Assembly: GCA_013265495.1 (NCBI GenBank)
Contig: MU058531.1
Coordinates: 3,596,911 to 3,660,910, forward strand
From: Vicugna vicugna
Lineage: Eukaryota
Direction of reading: 5' to 3'
Length of the DNA stretch: 64,000 nucleotides
Below are positions 1 to 13,500 of this stretch, in pieces (position 1 is the first letter of the stretch; each line of letters begins with the position of its first letter). The notes under the pieces are model-generated. The model made no database searches, was not told where the DNA came from, and was given only the letters and a program-made list of their open reading frames with translations. The translations under genes and the position numbers were made by a program.

Positions 1-888
1 CTCTCCCTTGAATGGTCTATCTTTTCAGCTGGAGTGATAGAAGCACTGTTCTGTGATCTGCTGACCATTTCTAGAAAGCCTTAGGAGATAAAAAAGGCCC
101 AACTCCCACACTTCTGGTACCACAAATCAGGGATGCTAGGGTGTCACCTGTCAGTTGTATGTGGAAAAGCTGAAAATATCTCAGAGCAAATAAGTCAAGT
201 GTTCTTGTGGCCCAACTACAGATATGGGGATCCAGGTTGGCAAAAAGATCAGACTAGCCAGAACAGTTGCTGTTAATACTCGGCCCTTCCTTATACAAGG
301 GAACTATAATGCAGACAGTGTTAAGGGGAAACATTCCATTACACTTTCCTCTTCCCCCACTGGTAGAGGCATTTATGGAAATATGACTCTCAGTGGGAGA
401 AAGGGGCATGACCAGAGGGAAATGTCCCCAAATACTAATGCCAGCAATACTGGTTAGCCTTTCATACTGTCTTTTCTTTGCCATCATTTAGAATAATGAT
501 CTCTAAACTGTTTTGATTGTATATCCTTATCAGTAAAATATAGTATGTATTCCTACTGTGTGTATATTGACTTAGTTATAAATTATATACATATCCTACA
601 TAACATGTTTTATGCATTAACTGAGATATGCAAAAATAGAATATAAATGAGAGTAACGTGGAAAGGATGAAGTAAAGAATAACTTTCAAATACTATTATT
701 TATTAATGATACAAAAACCCTTTTTTGCTGTTATAAAAAATTTAACTAAATTTACTACTTACTTATTATCTAAATTTTTAGTGGGAGTAATGTGACTGAA
801 CATACTTCATTGTTTTTGAAATTTTTGTGACCGTTGACTTGGATGTCTGATTTTAAGTTCATTTTATTGTTTCAATATTTGCTTTTAA

Positions 889-981
889 ATATATGTATGT
901 TCATGTATAACTGAAAAATTGTGCTCTACACTGGAAATTGACACAACATTGTAAACTGACTATAACTCAATAAAATAAAAA
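889..981 (+). mobile_element. Short L1 3'-UTR tail fragment
   Basis: tgacacaacattgtaaactgactata..caataaa matches the 3' end of the L1 at 43500-43540. Confidence 0.75.
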
Positions 982-1904
982 TTTTTTTTAATTTGCTTTT
1001 AACAGCTGTAGTAGCTGATGAAGATGCATGTATCCATTAACTGCATTTGCCAAGTCATGGTACTTATTTCTCAATTCCATTAACGAGGCAAAGGTTTTTA
1101 TTGAAATTTGGCTAGATTATTTGTATGTTTCTTGGTATCAGTTTTTCTGAGAAACTTACTGAAAGGATGTTACCTTTTATATTTTTAACAGGTGAGCTCA
1201 AATTCCACTGAAACCATTAATTTAGAAGATTTTTTAACCATTGGAAAATCTGCTTCCAAGTTGCTTGAGTGTGCATATATGAGAGTTTTTATGTTAACAC
1301 ATATTCTTTCCTACAACAAAATCACATTACAATAGAAATATTTTTAGATATCTGTCTTTACTCCTTCCAGAACTCAAATTTTGTCTGAAAACCAATTACT
1401 TTCTCAATGTTAAAACATTACCCTTATCATATAGGAATAGATTAACAGTGATTTTTATCATTATCATTTGATAACAATGAAGTATAACCACCCACAATAA
1501 ACACAGAAAAGGTCAGAAATTTTAGGATCCTTTCTTAAGAAAATTGCATAACTTAGAAATACTACCTTAACCGCCTTTTCATTATATAAAGTGTGAACTT
1601 CTATATGCTGCAAAAGATTTTCATGATCACTTTTCATCTCATTATAAAATATTTTAAAGAAAAGTCTTTTTCTGAAATTAGCCCTAATGGTGACATCCCA
1701 GGGCACCCAAACTGCAGCCACCTCAATAAGATGGTAGCAAAGATGAGAGGGACTCACCATTGATCCCTCTGCGTCAGGAGAGTCTCCCTTGTCCCCAGGG
1801 GCTTCATGAGCAGCACCTGATACACCAAGGACGCCATTTTCAATCTGAACGTTAAGTACTAATCTTCTATTTGTGTTATTTTTTCATTAAAACATAACTA
1901 GAAG

Positions 1905-2089
1905 GAGGGGGGGGGTATAGCTCAGTGGTGGAATGCATGCTTAGCATGCACGAGGTCCTGGGTTCAATCCCTAGTACCTCTTTTTAAATCAGTCAGTCAA
2001 TCAATAACGTAATTACCTTCCCCACCACCAAAAATAAAGAAAAGAAAAAAGATTTAAGAAAATAGTAAAAAAGTAAAGTAAAATAAATA
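1905..2089 (+). mobile_element. tRNA-derived SINE (camelid-type) with A-rich tail
   Basis: A box TAGCTCAGTGG, B box GGTTCAATCC; flanking near-direct repeat ataact(a/g)gaag. Confidence 0.9.
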
Positions 2090-2664
2090 ATAACTGGAAG
2101 TAGAAACTGCCGTATTTTCTACCCTCACCCCAGTGGGTCATCCTGTGACGTCCCGCACCACCCACCTCCCTGAGGGACACACATTCCTCTTTGGAGACTG
2201 ATGTTCAGGAAACCTTTATGAGAATGGTGTCTACAGTTATTTATATTACATGGTGGCAGGTTCTCCCTGTTATCTTTCATTTTTGTCCCCACTTCCTACT
2301 GACTTCAAGGTTTGTATCCCTGTGACTTCTTACCCACATCTGGAACGGACTATATGCTACATACAAACCACAGCCGCTTAACTGAATCTCATTTTTTCCC
2401 TTAGTGCATCAGACCACAGAGTATTTTGCTAAATAATTAGAGCTAAGCCCCCTTGGAGACCCCTCCTCCTCTCCTTCTGACCACCTCCCTTCTTTCTAGT
2501 AAGAAGCTATGCAGGGGTGCGGGGTGGGAACACACAGATACACACAGATACTTTCCTAGTTCCTCTTCTTAGGATTTTTTGAACAATTCAACTGGGCTGA
2601 AATAGCTAGCTGAGTAATTCAAGTACAGAGGCATTGATGATGTGTTTTCCTTTATTGTTTTTAG

Positions 2665-2838
<174 letters not shown>

Positions 2839-4918
2839 TGAAGAGGTTATGGGTATGCTGTATACCTAGAACAAAGAAATTAATGTCATTCTAACCTTTC
2901 AGATGACTGGCTGGGTGACCAGTTTTTAAAGATTGAGTTTACTTGAATGATATATTTGATTTTTGGCCTTGCAGTTAATAGGCTGATAAATGCTCTCTTC
3001 CCATTCTCTTAGAATTTTATTTTGACGAACTGATGTAAAATGTACCTCACTATTTTATTTATTCTGAGCAGGATAATGTGTGATTCTTGTCTCTGGAACT
3101 GGGCTTCATGGCTGTCAATCCCACAGTGGTGGCTATAGTCCCCTTTAAGAAGAGCCCCCTGTAGGAAGAGCACTTGGACTTGGGGTTGTGACTCCTGAGG
3201 TCAGTAACAGAACCCCAACAATAGCAGCCCTGTGGTCCCAGCATGGAAGCTGGCACAGCGTACCACTATGGCATGTGGACCCCAAGGCACTTCTCTACGT
3301 GCCTTACCTACAGAGATCCAAACCCCAAGCACCACAAACTTGCCTGTGTAGGAAGGTCCTCAGACCAGGAGTCTGTGAAAAAGTTCAGGTCCAGGACCAC
3401 TGAGTCCATATGCCACAGAGTGACAAGCTGCCAAAACTGTTTGTCCTATTTAGGAGGGCACTGTTGGCCCTGAAATACACTTCTGAAACTTACAGCAACC
3501 AAAAGTTGCTGCATGAACCTCAACCCCCAACAGGAGTAGATGGTGCAACGCCAGCAGCACGGGCAGTCCAGAGATAAAACCAGATCACAGTCTACAGCTT
3601 TTAATTTCTCTCTGAGCAGCACCTCCAAGCCTCCAGGCCCTATACCAGTCCTAATTGAAGTGGTTTCCAGAGTACATAGAATTCAGCAGAAGGATTCTTT
3701 CTTTGAGCCCAAAAAGTTTGGAACCTTTGTCCTAAGTCATTGATGAAAAAATGTAAAGTCGAATTGAGTCAAACGTCCAGGTTAACCTAGCTGAATAGTC
3801 TGTTTGGAATAATCATCAAATCTTCTAAAAACTCTAATTTATAGAACTCACAGGTAGGACCTGAGTTTAAAGCCAAATTATATATAACTGGAGAAAGAGC
3901 ATTAGGTGGGGAGTTAGGATACCAGGTTCTAACCACTGACTCTGTCACAAATGAGCCATGGGGTCATGGGCTGATCAACCTTTCTGGGCCTCCATGTCTT
4001 CATGAAATGTTAGAATAGGAATGTTATGGTAACTGGCCTCGAAGGACCCTTCTGACAATAAAATCTCATAAAATCTCTCCCAAAATGAAGCATAGGACCC
4101 CTATCAGAATTACAGACTACTCTGTAAGCATTTCATTATACCATTTCTTAGGTTCTATTTCCAGTGCTTTTTGCCATTCTAGAACATTACTGTTTCTTTG
4201 AGGGGCCCTCTGGAGCATCCTGTCATCGACTATCCTAATAAGTACTGGGAGCTCCCAGATTGTCCAGCTCACACAGCAGCAGAATTCCAGGTGGCCCAAA
4301 GTGCAGGCTGAGTTAGGGGCTTTTGTTATATCACCTGCTAACCTCAGTGACTCAGCGAAAGTCCAGATTGCTTCAGGTGCCCTCAGGGTGGGGAAAGAGA
4401 GTGAAGTCAGAGGCTCCATCCTCCTTAGACTCACCCTTTTGGGCAGAAAAGCAGATATTTACAGAAAGGGCCCCAAACCAACCCAGCCCAGCAGATCACT
4501 ACCAAACAGGTTTGCCCTAACAGGAGCTGCTCAACACTATCGCAGGTCCTCTAGACCTATAATCAGCAAACTTTTTTCGCTCAAGGCATCTTTTAAAAGA
4601 ATTTTGAAAAACTGTGTACCTCTCGCAAACATTTTTCCCTTTCATACGTTTTTAAGATGATACTAAAATTTTTATCACGTTTAAATAGTTACAAAAAATA
4701 TGTTTTCAAAGATAATATTTATTATGTATAAATATACAATAGATAACATAAATTATATAAAAATATAATATGCAAAAAAACATTCTCATTATCAAATAAT
4801 CAGCCGAGTCAGCTAGACTTAATGTTTGGTCAGAAAAAGTCTGACTTTATTTGTTTATTTCAGATAAACACTATTATCACACCTATGATGACTGTCTCAC
4901 TTTTGAATTTTAATTCTA

Positions 4919-5000
4919 AGATAGATGGATAGATGGACAGACAGAAGGAAGGGAAGGAAGGAAAGATAGATAAATTACAGATAGAAAGAGAGAGATAGAC
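4919..5000 (+). repeat. Degenerate (GATA)n/(GGAA)n purine-rich simple repeat
   Basis: agatagatggatagatggacagacagaaggaagggaaggaagg... Confidence 0.75.
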
Positions 5001-7014
5001 AAAGTCACGGAACCTTGAACATGTTTACTGCTTGGATGAAATAAGATGCTCCCTTCTTTAGTTTCTCAAGACTGTCTCAGGAGCTCTGCATCTTCAGATG
5101 TCCTTCTGCTGCCTTGGGTAGTTCTTGACCTCATGTCATGTATCATAGTAAGATTATTTATTGATAAATGAGAATTATGCTTTTCTTTTGTAAAGTAGGA
5201 GAAGAGCAATTTTGAAGCAAATTCTAGCCAACCACAAGCTTGTTCTCAGGCAGGCCTATTTTTAAAAGAGTATATACATAGTTGTTGAAAATCTTGAATC
5301 TAGAATTTGTTTCTTTAAAAAGATCTGAACCTGCATATTTTTAGAAGTCTCTGTGTACCCTGGGGGTACCCATTGCCCAATCTGAAGATCACACACAGCT
5401 CTAGGCCGGGAGTTGCAAAATCAGCCACCTTCAGGGGCCAAGCAGGAAATATAAATAGGTAAGAGCCAGTTAGACATAAGACAGTTGGAGATGGTGAGGA
5501 CGGGAGAGGATGTGCATGCCCTCATAAATGAATAGCTCTAATTAAAAAATTTTAAGACACTGCATCAGCCAAACAAGTCTGGTTTGGCAGAGAAGTCAGC
5601 CCTGAGTACCATCAGTTTGAGTCCTCTTGAGTCTACCTCCATCCAGATCTGCACTCCCAGAGCTGCTCCCCAAAAGCCTGGCATTTACTTGGGTTCCAAA
5701 AGCCACTAGACCTATGCAGGTGGGCTTTGTTAGGAAGTCATTTGACTGAAATATTAGCAGGTATGCTCTTATGCCTGACTCTCCTCAAATTCTGCCACAG
5801 CAACTGACTACCCAACGTAAGGTGCTTTTTCTTCAGCACCACTTTTCCTCCATGCTGTTTGCTTTATCCAGCAGTGACCACCCACTCCTCGGTGCCAAGC
5901 AGATCCAGTTTTGCCCAGTGTGTACCTCTGCTCTACGGTCTTCAAGACATATCCAAACTCTCTTGTAGCTGCCGCCTTTCCCGTTCTTTGCACGGTCATT
6001 TGCAGTTGCTTACGCAGCCTCTGTTCCACTAATGAATGGATCGTGTTGTTGCAAAAAAGTCTTCTTTCTATTGAGCTCTTCCTGTTCCTCCTACTCTTTG
6101 GCACTACTTCCCTCTGCAGCTGCACAGACTAATTGCATATCTAGAAAGCTAGCATGTGTCTCCCCATCAGCTTTTCTCTGTGCCAAGCTAAACATTCCTG
6201 ATGTATAAACTGACTCGCAGGCTGTGGCTGCTAGGACTCTTCACTTCCATTAAGAATATTTTTGATACTCTTAAACTTGTGGATATGCTTGATTTTTGTC
6301 CATCTTCAAATATCATTTCCAGAACTAAGTCAGTGCTAAGGGTCTGATAACATGACAACAGTGAAACCATCACCTCTCTTAATTTGAACTTCATACCTTA
6401 GTTGATACAACCAAGGACTATTCTTGCTATTTAAATTCTTTAACACACACTAGGCTCATGTTGAGTTTGTAGAAAGCAGAAAGTTCAGTTATTTTCATAG
6501 GACTCAACTTGTGCCTAGTCTCCACGTTTTTTTCCAGGTTTACAATTAATTTTAATCTTTCATGTAGCCAGAGCCTCACATTTATCTCTATCAAATGTGC
6601 TCTTCTTGGTTTGGGTATATTATTACAGCATACAAGGTTCTTTGTGGATTTTGACACCTGTCATCCATTGTATTTATTAGCAGTTTTCCAAACTGTGCCT
6701 TCACCCAAGTTGCCCTTGAGTCAGACAGCCAAGTGGAAAGCCCTGTGGTCTTTCTTGCAGAACCTCTCTGGAGTTTAGGTGATTATCACTCCCGTGTGGT
6801 GCTCTCTTCTCTGAAGCTTACATTTCTGCAGAGTTTGCTTCAACCTTTTTCTTGATAGACTGTAAAACTGAGGCTTAGCCATTCATGAGACTTCTCCAAG
6901 CCACACAGCTCATAGTGGCAGAGTCAGGATTCAGATTCAGGTCTTCAGGAAAGACCATTTCAAAGGCAATACAGAAATCCAAATACATTGATAAAAATTC
7001 CTGGAGCCCTTTTA

Positions 7015-7105
7015 GAGGGTGAGGAGTGTAGCTCAAGTGTCAAGTGGTAGAGCACATGCTTGGCTCCCGAGTGCGAGGTCTTGGGTTCAATCCCCACTGC
7101 CTCCA
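7015..7105 (+). mobile_element. tRNA-derived SINE head, same family
   Basis: gtagctcaagtg..gtagagcacatgct..gggttcaatcccc. Confidence 0.8.
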
Positions 7106-7127
7106 TTGGGGGGGGGGCTGTGGTGGG

Positions 7128-7268
7128 AAGAATCACTGGGGTACTTTTAAAGACATAGATTCTTAGGTCCCAGATCTGCCCAACTAAATCAGAATTTCCA
7201 TAAGGGAGGCCTGGTAATCTGTTGATTTAAAAATAATTCTTATCATCGTGAAATTTTGGAAACACTGC
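7128..7268. mobile_element. MER5-like hAT MITE remnant
   Basis: agaatcactggggg..cagatc..ctaaatcagaat..ttggaaacactg pattern typical of MER5. Confidence 0.55.
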
Positions 7269-10268
7269 TTATCTGTTATTTCCTGCAAAATGAGTTACCT
7301 TATCCAAAAAGTCTGAAGAGGTTACTGTGTGGGAGAGTTGTTCTTAGTAATTCTATGCTAATTCTTGCTAATCCCCTCTTTATTTTCTGTGTTCTCACAA
7401 CCAAATAATCCATTCTGGAATTTTGTCAGGTATCACCTTGACACTTCCTGCTTTATAATTTCCACAACTTACCTCTTCCATCTTTTGGAAAAATGGGACA
7501 ATATAATCCTATTTTCAGTTATTTAAGATGGCTTCCAAACCCCCATGATTTCCCAGGGAGTATGGATGGTCATATCTGCGAGGCCTTTTAGTTGCCTGGC
7601 AGGTGTGGGTCTGGACCTGGTGATCTGAGTTCACACGGGGCGGGGTGAATGCACACCCAGCGCTCCAGTGTGCTCAGTCCCACCCCCAACTTAGAAGGCC
7701 TGGGTCCCTTCTGGGTGAGGACCTCACCCTCAGCAAGGATGGACTGACGCAGAGCGGGATTTCTGAAGCACTCCATCTGTCTCAGGCCTGTGCTAAGGCT
7801 CTTGCTGAGGATCCCTCACTACCCACCGCCAGATCTCCAGTGTTCCAACCTGCTCCACTCAAACAGCTCACAGTTGGTGACAGGCATTGTGCTGGGGCCA
7901 GAGGAACAGAGCAAGAAAGACATGGCTCCTGCCTAGACCCATCTGAGCCTGTCTCCTCATCTGACCCCTCACTCTGACCCCCTGACCTCTGTCTGAATTG
8001 CTTTTATTCAAGGGCTGGGGTCCTGTTCTTCTGCCTCAAAAATTAGTAGGATATTGGAAAGGACAAGGAAGGCAGCTCTTGGCTGTCTCTTGGCCGCCTG
8101 TCCCATACTTCCTGCACTGGTGGAAATACTTGAGTGTCAAGGGACCTTGGTGCTCACTTTGTGACATTTGCTGGCAGTGGATCTTTGGATGGCAGCACCC
8201 CTGTTGCTGGTTCTCAGCAACCTTCTGCCAGGGGGCCAGCCAGGCTCCTGGCATCATCATTCCCAGGACTCAGCTCCACCTTATGCGTTGACTGTGTGAA
8301 GGCCCTTTGCTTATCTAGGACAGATGGACATGCTTTTGTGGCTCGCTTGTGCTTAGAGCAGATTTCCCAAAGTTTGGAAAACGCTAATCCTATGAGACAC
8401 TCTGAAAAAAGAAAACAAAATTGCTCAGTTAAATAGCGTGGGAAATGCTACACAGGAGATCTTTGAAGAATCACAGTGCCCTTTAGCGTATTAAATGAAG
8501 GTTCTGTAAAACTCTGTAGTAGGAGTGTGTTTCAGTTTGAGTAAGCTGCTGTTTTTAAACTTCCATTGTGTATTGTGGTTACCGTAACTGTCACTTTTTA
8601 CGTAACACCTATTAACACCCATGGAGCTCGTGTTCCATAAAAATTTTGAGCCTAGACAATGTTCAGTTATCTGGATTGAACTGCATTGTAAAATATTTAT
8701 CTGGATATAGACATAGCCTAAATTACATCTTCCTTATGTATACATTTTTATTATAAGGGTAATAGAGCCACATTTCAGGAAGCTTAGGGAAGAATTATTT
8801 TAAAACACACATAATTCCAAGGCCAACACAACCTGTATTACAGGGATTCTTACTTAATCTTAGTCATATCCACAGATAGAATCCAGGGGTTCATGAGAAA
8901 AGATTACATCTTTATTTTCACTAACCTCTACCTCTAACTAAGCATTTCCTCTGATTATAAACGTAGGGAAAAAACATAGTAGAGTTGGCAGTATCTGTCT
9001 TTGTCACCAGTAGAAATTGCAGATTTTTCATACTGTATCACAGTTATTGCTCTCTCCAAGAATTATTTATGCTCAAAAATGTTACTTGAACTACTATTAC
9101 ATTTTTTTTACTGTGTTAATAAGAAAACTTGTATTCCTATAGAACAAATTTTTTTTAACATTTGGTAACTGTATTCAGCATTCTTTTTTTCCTTTGTAAT
9201 CTTATGTATTTTAATTTATGCCTTTAAAATATCATTCTGAGAAGGGATCTTACCTCACCAGACTGCCTAAGGGGTCTAGCCTTTTATGTATGTCATTTTA
9301 TATAATTATAATAATTACAGATAGAGAAATCGTTTTTGAACAAAGGATTTAGAATTATATATATTTGTAGATACATGTATGTATGTATATACTTATGTGT
9401 ATAAATATTGTATATATAAATATACGCACACAAAATTCTGTATCCTTTGTTCAATAAATATATATCACAATTATTTTTTCAAGTCTCAATCTCAAGCAGA
9501 TACACTGTAGTTTACTGACTCTGTTCCTCTGTTGTTGGACTTTCAGGTTGTTTCCTTTTTTTAAATTCACACAAGGAAGTTTTCCTATATTTTGGATTAT
9601 TTCCTTATGCTAGGTCCCTAGATTTATATTTATTCTTGTGTTCTGAGATACTCCCTCACACTAATTCTGGTCAAAAATAGAGGCACATGACATCCCTGGT
9701 AGCACACATCAAGTTTCCAGAAGTTTCCAGACCTATTTTGTTGATCTGACTGACGGTTCAGTTGAAAGAAAGTCTGTTGAAAGAAACTTTATTTAAATCA
9801 ACTATTCTTTTTGTCTCGTCCATAGGGATTCTAACATGTTTCTCAAGGTCAAAGGCCTTTAGATACTGTTTTAAGAAAGAGAGAAAAAAAAGTTTCTTAG
9901 CAGAGATTTGTTTTTCCAGAATGGTTGGCTAATCTACTTCATCACTGGGATTGATGGTGGTTCTTTGAAGCACCCAACTTTCTTCTGGAGGGTTTGCCCG
10001 GGGATCCTGGGTGGCTGGGCACCCCACGCAGATTCCTTGTGATCATTTCCTGAAAGCTCCTGGGTTCCTCCTCTAGGGATGTTAACATTCGCCTAAGTAT
10101 TGATGTTGTACTTTAAGTGAATCTAGAGTTTTGAGTTTGCCCAAATGAATCAAAATAGGTTAAGCCACTTTTTATGACTGTGGTAAGCATTAGGTGGTCA
10201 TTTTGAAAACTGTAAATGAAATTTTAGTAGCTGAGCATCTGCAGTCTTTAATGAGTGACATCTTACAG

Positions 10269-10398
10269 GCTCATCAGCTAGCATCCATGCAAGCTCAGGC
10301 TTATAATGGTGGCAGTGCCAACCCCCCACCTGCTAATAACGAAGAGGAGGAAGATGAGGAAGACGAATATGATTATGACTATGAATCCCTCTCTGATG
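10269..10398 (+). CDS. PLCE1: PLCE1 coding exon, acidic X-Y linker: [43 protein letters not shown]
   Basis: ttacag acceptor, G|gtaaga donor, 130 nt, phase 0-1; continues the frame of the previous exon. Confidence 0.95.
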
Positions 10399-10756
10399 GT
10401 AAGAGAACCCTGTGCTGCGGGTAGGAAGGTGCCTGGATGATTTTCTCTTGGGTTTTTTGGGTGTCTTTTGTTTTCCAAAAAAAGTCTGGCGCTCCGTAGA
10501 CCAACAGTACAGATCACTTAGCCACTTAGCAAGGAGGACCAAGCAAGGAAAGGGATTCTGTCACCCATGATAGCCACCACTCCAGGAGAGAAGAGGAGGG
10601 TGTGGGAAGCAACACAGGGGTTGTTCCTAAATTGATTTCTAAAGGAAGAGATGGTATTACAGTAGAGAGACCCTGTTCTCACCCTTCAGTGCTTTGGCGT
10701 GGCTGATGCTCTTGGTGGGAACCGTAGACAGTGGCTGAATCTTTTCTCTCTCCTGT

Positions 10757-10776
10757 ACCACCTGCAGGGGGCAGCA
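10757..10776 (+). promoter_or_regulatory. Candidate CTCF motif CCTGCAGGGGGCAGC
   Basis: Close match to the CTCF core consensus; motif only. Confidence 0.4.
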
Positions 10777-13458
10777 TCGTAGTCCCATGCTCTCTGCTCC
10801 TCCCTTTCACTGCTTTCACTCCTGCTTTCTAAGAGCGTAGAAAAGAGGCATAATTTCCCTTCCACCCCCTCTTTCCCTGGTTCTCACATTGCTAAGCCAA
10901 CCAGACATTTCCTTCTGGCCTCACCAAAAAAAATAAAACAACACGACTGATGGCTAATGTGCAATACAAAGAAGTTACATGAATGATGTTAGCTATATAT
11001 TACAGACAGAGGATTCTTCTTACGAGAGAATTAGGTTTCAGATGTGTTTCATTTGCACTAAATTAGTATCATATCCTGGAGATTGCAAAATGTTTTCTGA
11101 GGTACCACTGCTGATGATAGACTGTTTCATTTTGGCAACTTTTGAAAGACAAGGTAGTAATGAAAAAATGCCAAAGTTCCTCTTTACTTAAACATTACAA
11201 ATATAAAATATGTTACTTCATTGTAGAGTATTGTTTCGTTAATATGCAGATACGCCCAGACCAGCAGCCATTTACCACTGGCATTAAGACAGCCAAGCCA
11301 CCCTCCCCCAGATACCTGCTTCTCACGCAGCATGATTGTCTTCTGGTCATGTCTGGTCCCAGGAGCCTCCGTCGTGACCAGCAGTTGCAGTCTAGTCTCT
11401 TTCTGCCCCAAAATACAATGCTAGCCTCTGTCCATTTAATATTTGTCCTTAGTAACAATTGATTGCTTCATATAATTAACTAAAAGCCAATGTACCTGAC
11501 CTGAAATCCCATCAGATAACATGAGAGTCATATTCTCTAATGGAGAGGTAGAAAAAGGGAGAAAATCAAAGAAGTCAAAATAATTTTTTGAATCTTATTC
11601 CTTTGAAGTTATGGGAATATGAATCTTTTTGTATTGACTAATTCTTCCCTATGGATCTATACTACAGTCATGGTGATGTTGTTTCATAGAAGAACAAATT
11701 CATTCAATAAGAAATGAAAACCACATTTAAGAACTCAACCAATATAAAATAGATAAACAACTTATTATACTTTAAAAAAATACATAAAAGTAAAAAATTT
11801 TTGATTAAATTAAAAAAAAAAAGAAATCAACCAAATCCAGATGTCATTTTCCTCTGTAAGAAGTTAGTGCACTGGAAGAGAAATTCACTCTCTATCATAA
11901 ATTCCTTCTGTGCTTTTTCTGTGCTTTTGAATACAGGAAAGGAAAAGGCTTTTCTATTATTACTATTATGAGAGGAAATTTTGGTATTCAAATAACAAAA
12001 TGAACAGGTAGGGGAAGGAGCTTTGTGATTTATTTTCAGTTAGGAAGATAAAATTTAAACCCTACCCCACTGAATTTCTACGATAGCGTCATGCTCTTTT
12101 AAAACACTCATGTGCTGCGGTAGGCTGTACACAGAAGGTCCCCAGCAGGCTCTCCTCCAATAGGCTGTGAGACCTTGGGTCAGTGTCCTCTCACCGCTCT
12201 AAGCTTTGGGTCCCCCAGATGTGTAATGAGAAGGTCCCGTTTACAGGTTGGCTGATGTTCTCCCTCCTTCCAGCCTGACATCTGTGACCTATGACAGTTA
12301 AGTCCATGCCGCCACATGATTATTTCCCATTTCATTGAAAGATTCCTCTGCCTGGATGATGCCTAAACAGGTCTTGTAGTGATGCTGTGACTTGTTTAGG
12401 CTTGTCCTGTTAAGGCCTCCTTCTGCCACTGTTAGATGCCCTGCCGGTCTTGCACTTTTGATCACAGTTTGTGGTGCCTCACTCATCTCTGCCGCTCTCT
12501 AACATCTCTTTCTCCAGCTGAGATGAGAGGGAAACAGAAATCTGCTTGCTCTGGGTAGGACCATTCCCAGCTCCTTAGCAGGACCTCAGATGTTTCCAAG
12601 CTTCTTGTAACAATGGATCCCTTTGAGGATGAGATGGAAGCTCTTACCAGTTGCCTCGGAAAAATAAACATGCTTTCAAGTTTCTACATAAAATTGCAGG
12701 AGTTTTCATGGGCCTTCTGAGCCCCTTACAGGCATCTCAGGCCAAAAACCCATCTCTGAGGTTTGGTGGCTCAGTTTATCTCTCTGACAGCTCCTGCCCT
12801 CAGTCTTCACATACATAAAACGAGCAAATTAGTCCAAAACCTCTTTCATAAAAATGTGATAAAGATGGCTATAAAAATGTGAGAATTCCTAGCCACAAAA
12901 TTACTTCCAGAAAATCTGAAGGAAGTTACAAGTGAGGGTCAAGTGTTTCAGGAACTGCTACTTTACCTTTTGGCCAATAAGTTCTTAATGAATAATTAAA
13001 TTTTATTAAATAAATATCAGTTAATTTTCCCCAGCCTTGCTGTTTACCTTACTAGCTTTGAATGTGCACAAGAGTACACATTTAACTTTGCCACTTCTTA
13101 CAGACATTCTTTGACAATGACTGCATGGTATTAACAAATTTATCAATTTCTGTCCATTTTGACATAAAGCATTTGGGGGAGTATTATGACAACAGTAACT
13201 AAAGAGATGTAATGTGACTGTGGCAACATGAGTAACACTGACAGTGTTTGCAGTGTTTACACGTTCATTCCTTTATTGCCAGCCCTTGCATCTCTTCATA
13301 GTCAAAATATTAAGTGAATGGAAGATGTCTTGTTTCATTTATCTTGTAATCTAGGTTGTTACTGTTTATGCTTTGCTTCAAACCTTAGTTTAATTTACCT
13401 GGCTTTTTGTCTTAACTTTCCTTACTTTTATCACCTTTCTGATTCTGTTTTTCTGTAG

Positions 13459-13500
13459 CAGATGTCCTTACTGCTTCTCCTGCTCCTAACAGTCAGGAAG
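13459..13500 (+). CDS. PLCE1: Candidate alternative PLCE1 cassette exon (ADVLTASPAPNSQE), 42 nt, or 39 nt from the second AG
   Basis: Long pyrimidine tract, TAG-CAG tandem acceptor, GAAG|gtaaag donor, phase 1-1, open in frame between the flanking exons. Confidence 0.7.

Noticed and set aside
521..528. ATATCCTT U12-type donor motifs here and at 37582
   Set aside because: Neither is adjacent to an identifiable exon end; consistent with chance in AT-rich DNA.
495..1845. Possible Charlie/hAT DNA transposon remnants here and at about 4555-5400
   Set aside because: AT-rich and suggestive, but family and boundaries could not be fixed without a profile search.
1905..1980. tRNA gene (A and B boxes present)
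   Set aside because: No intact cloverleaf, has an A-rich tail and flanking duplication, and many diverged copies exist; it is a SINE.
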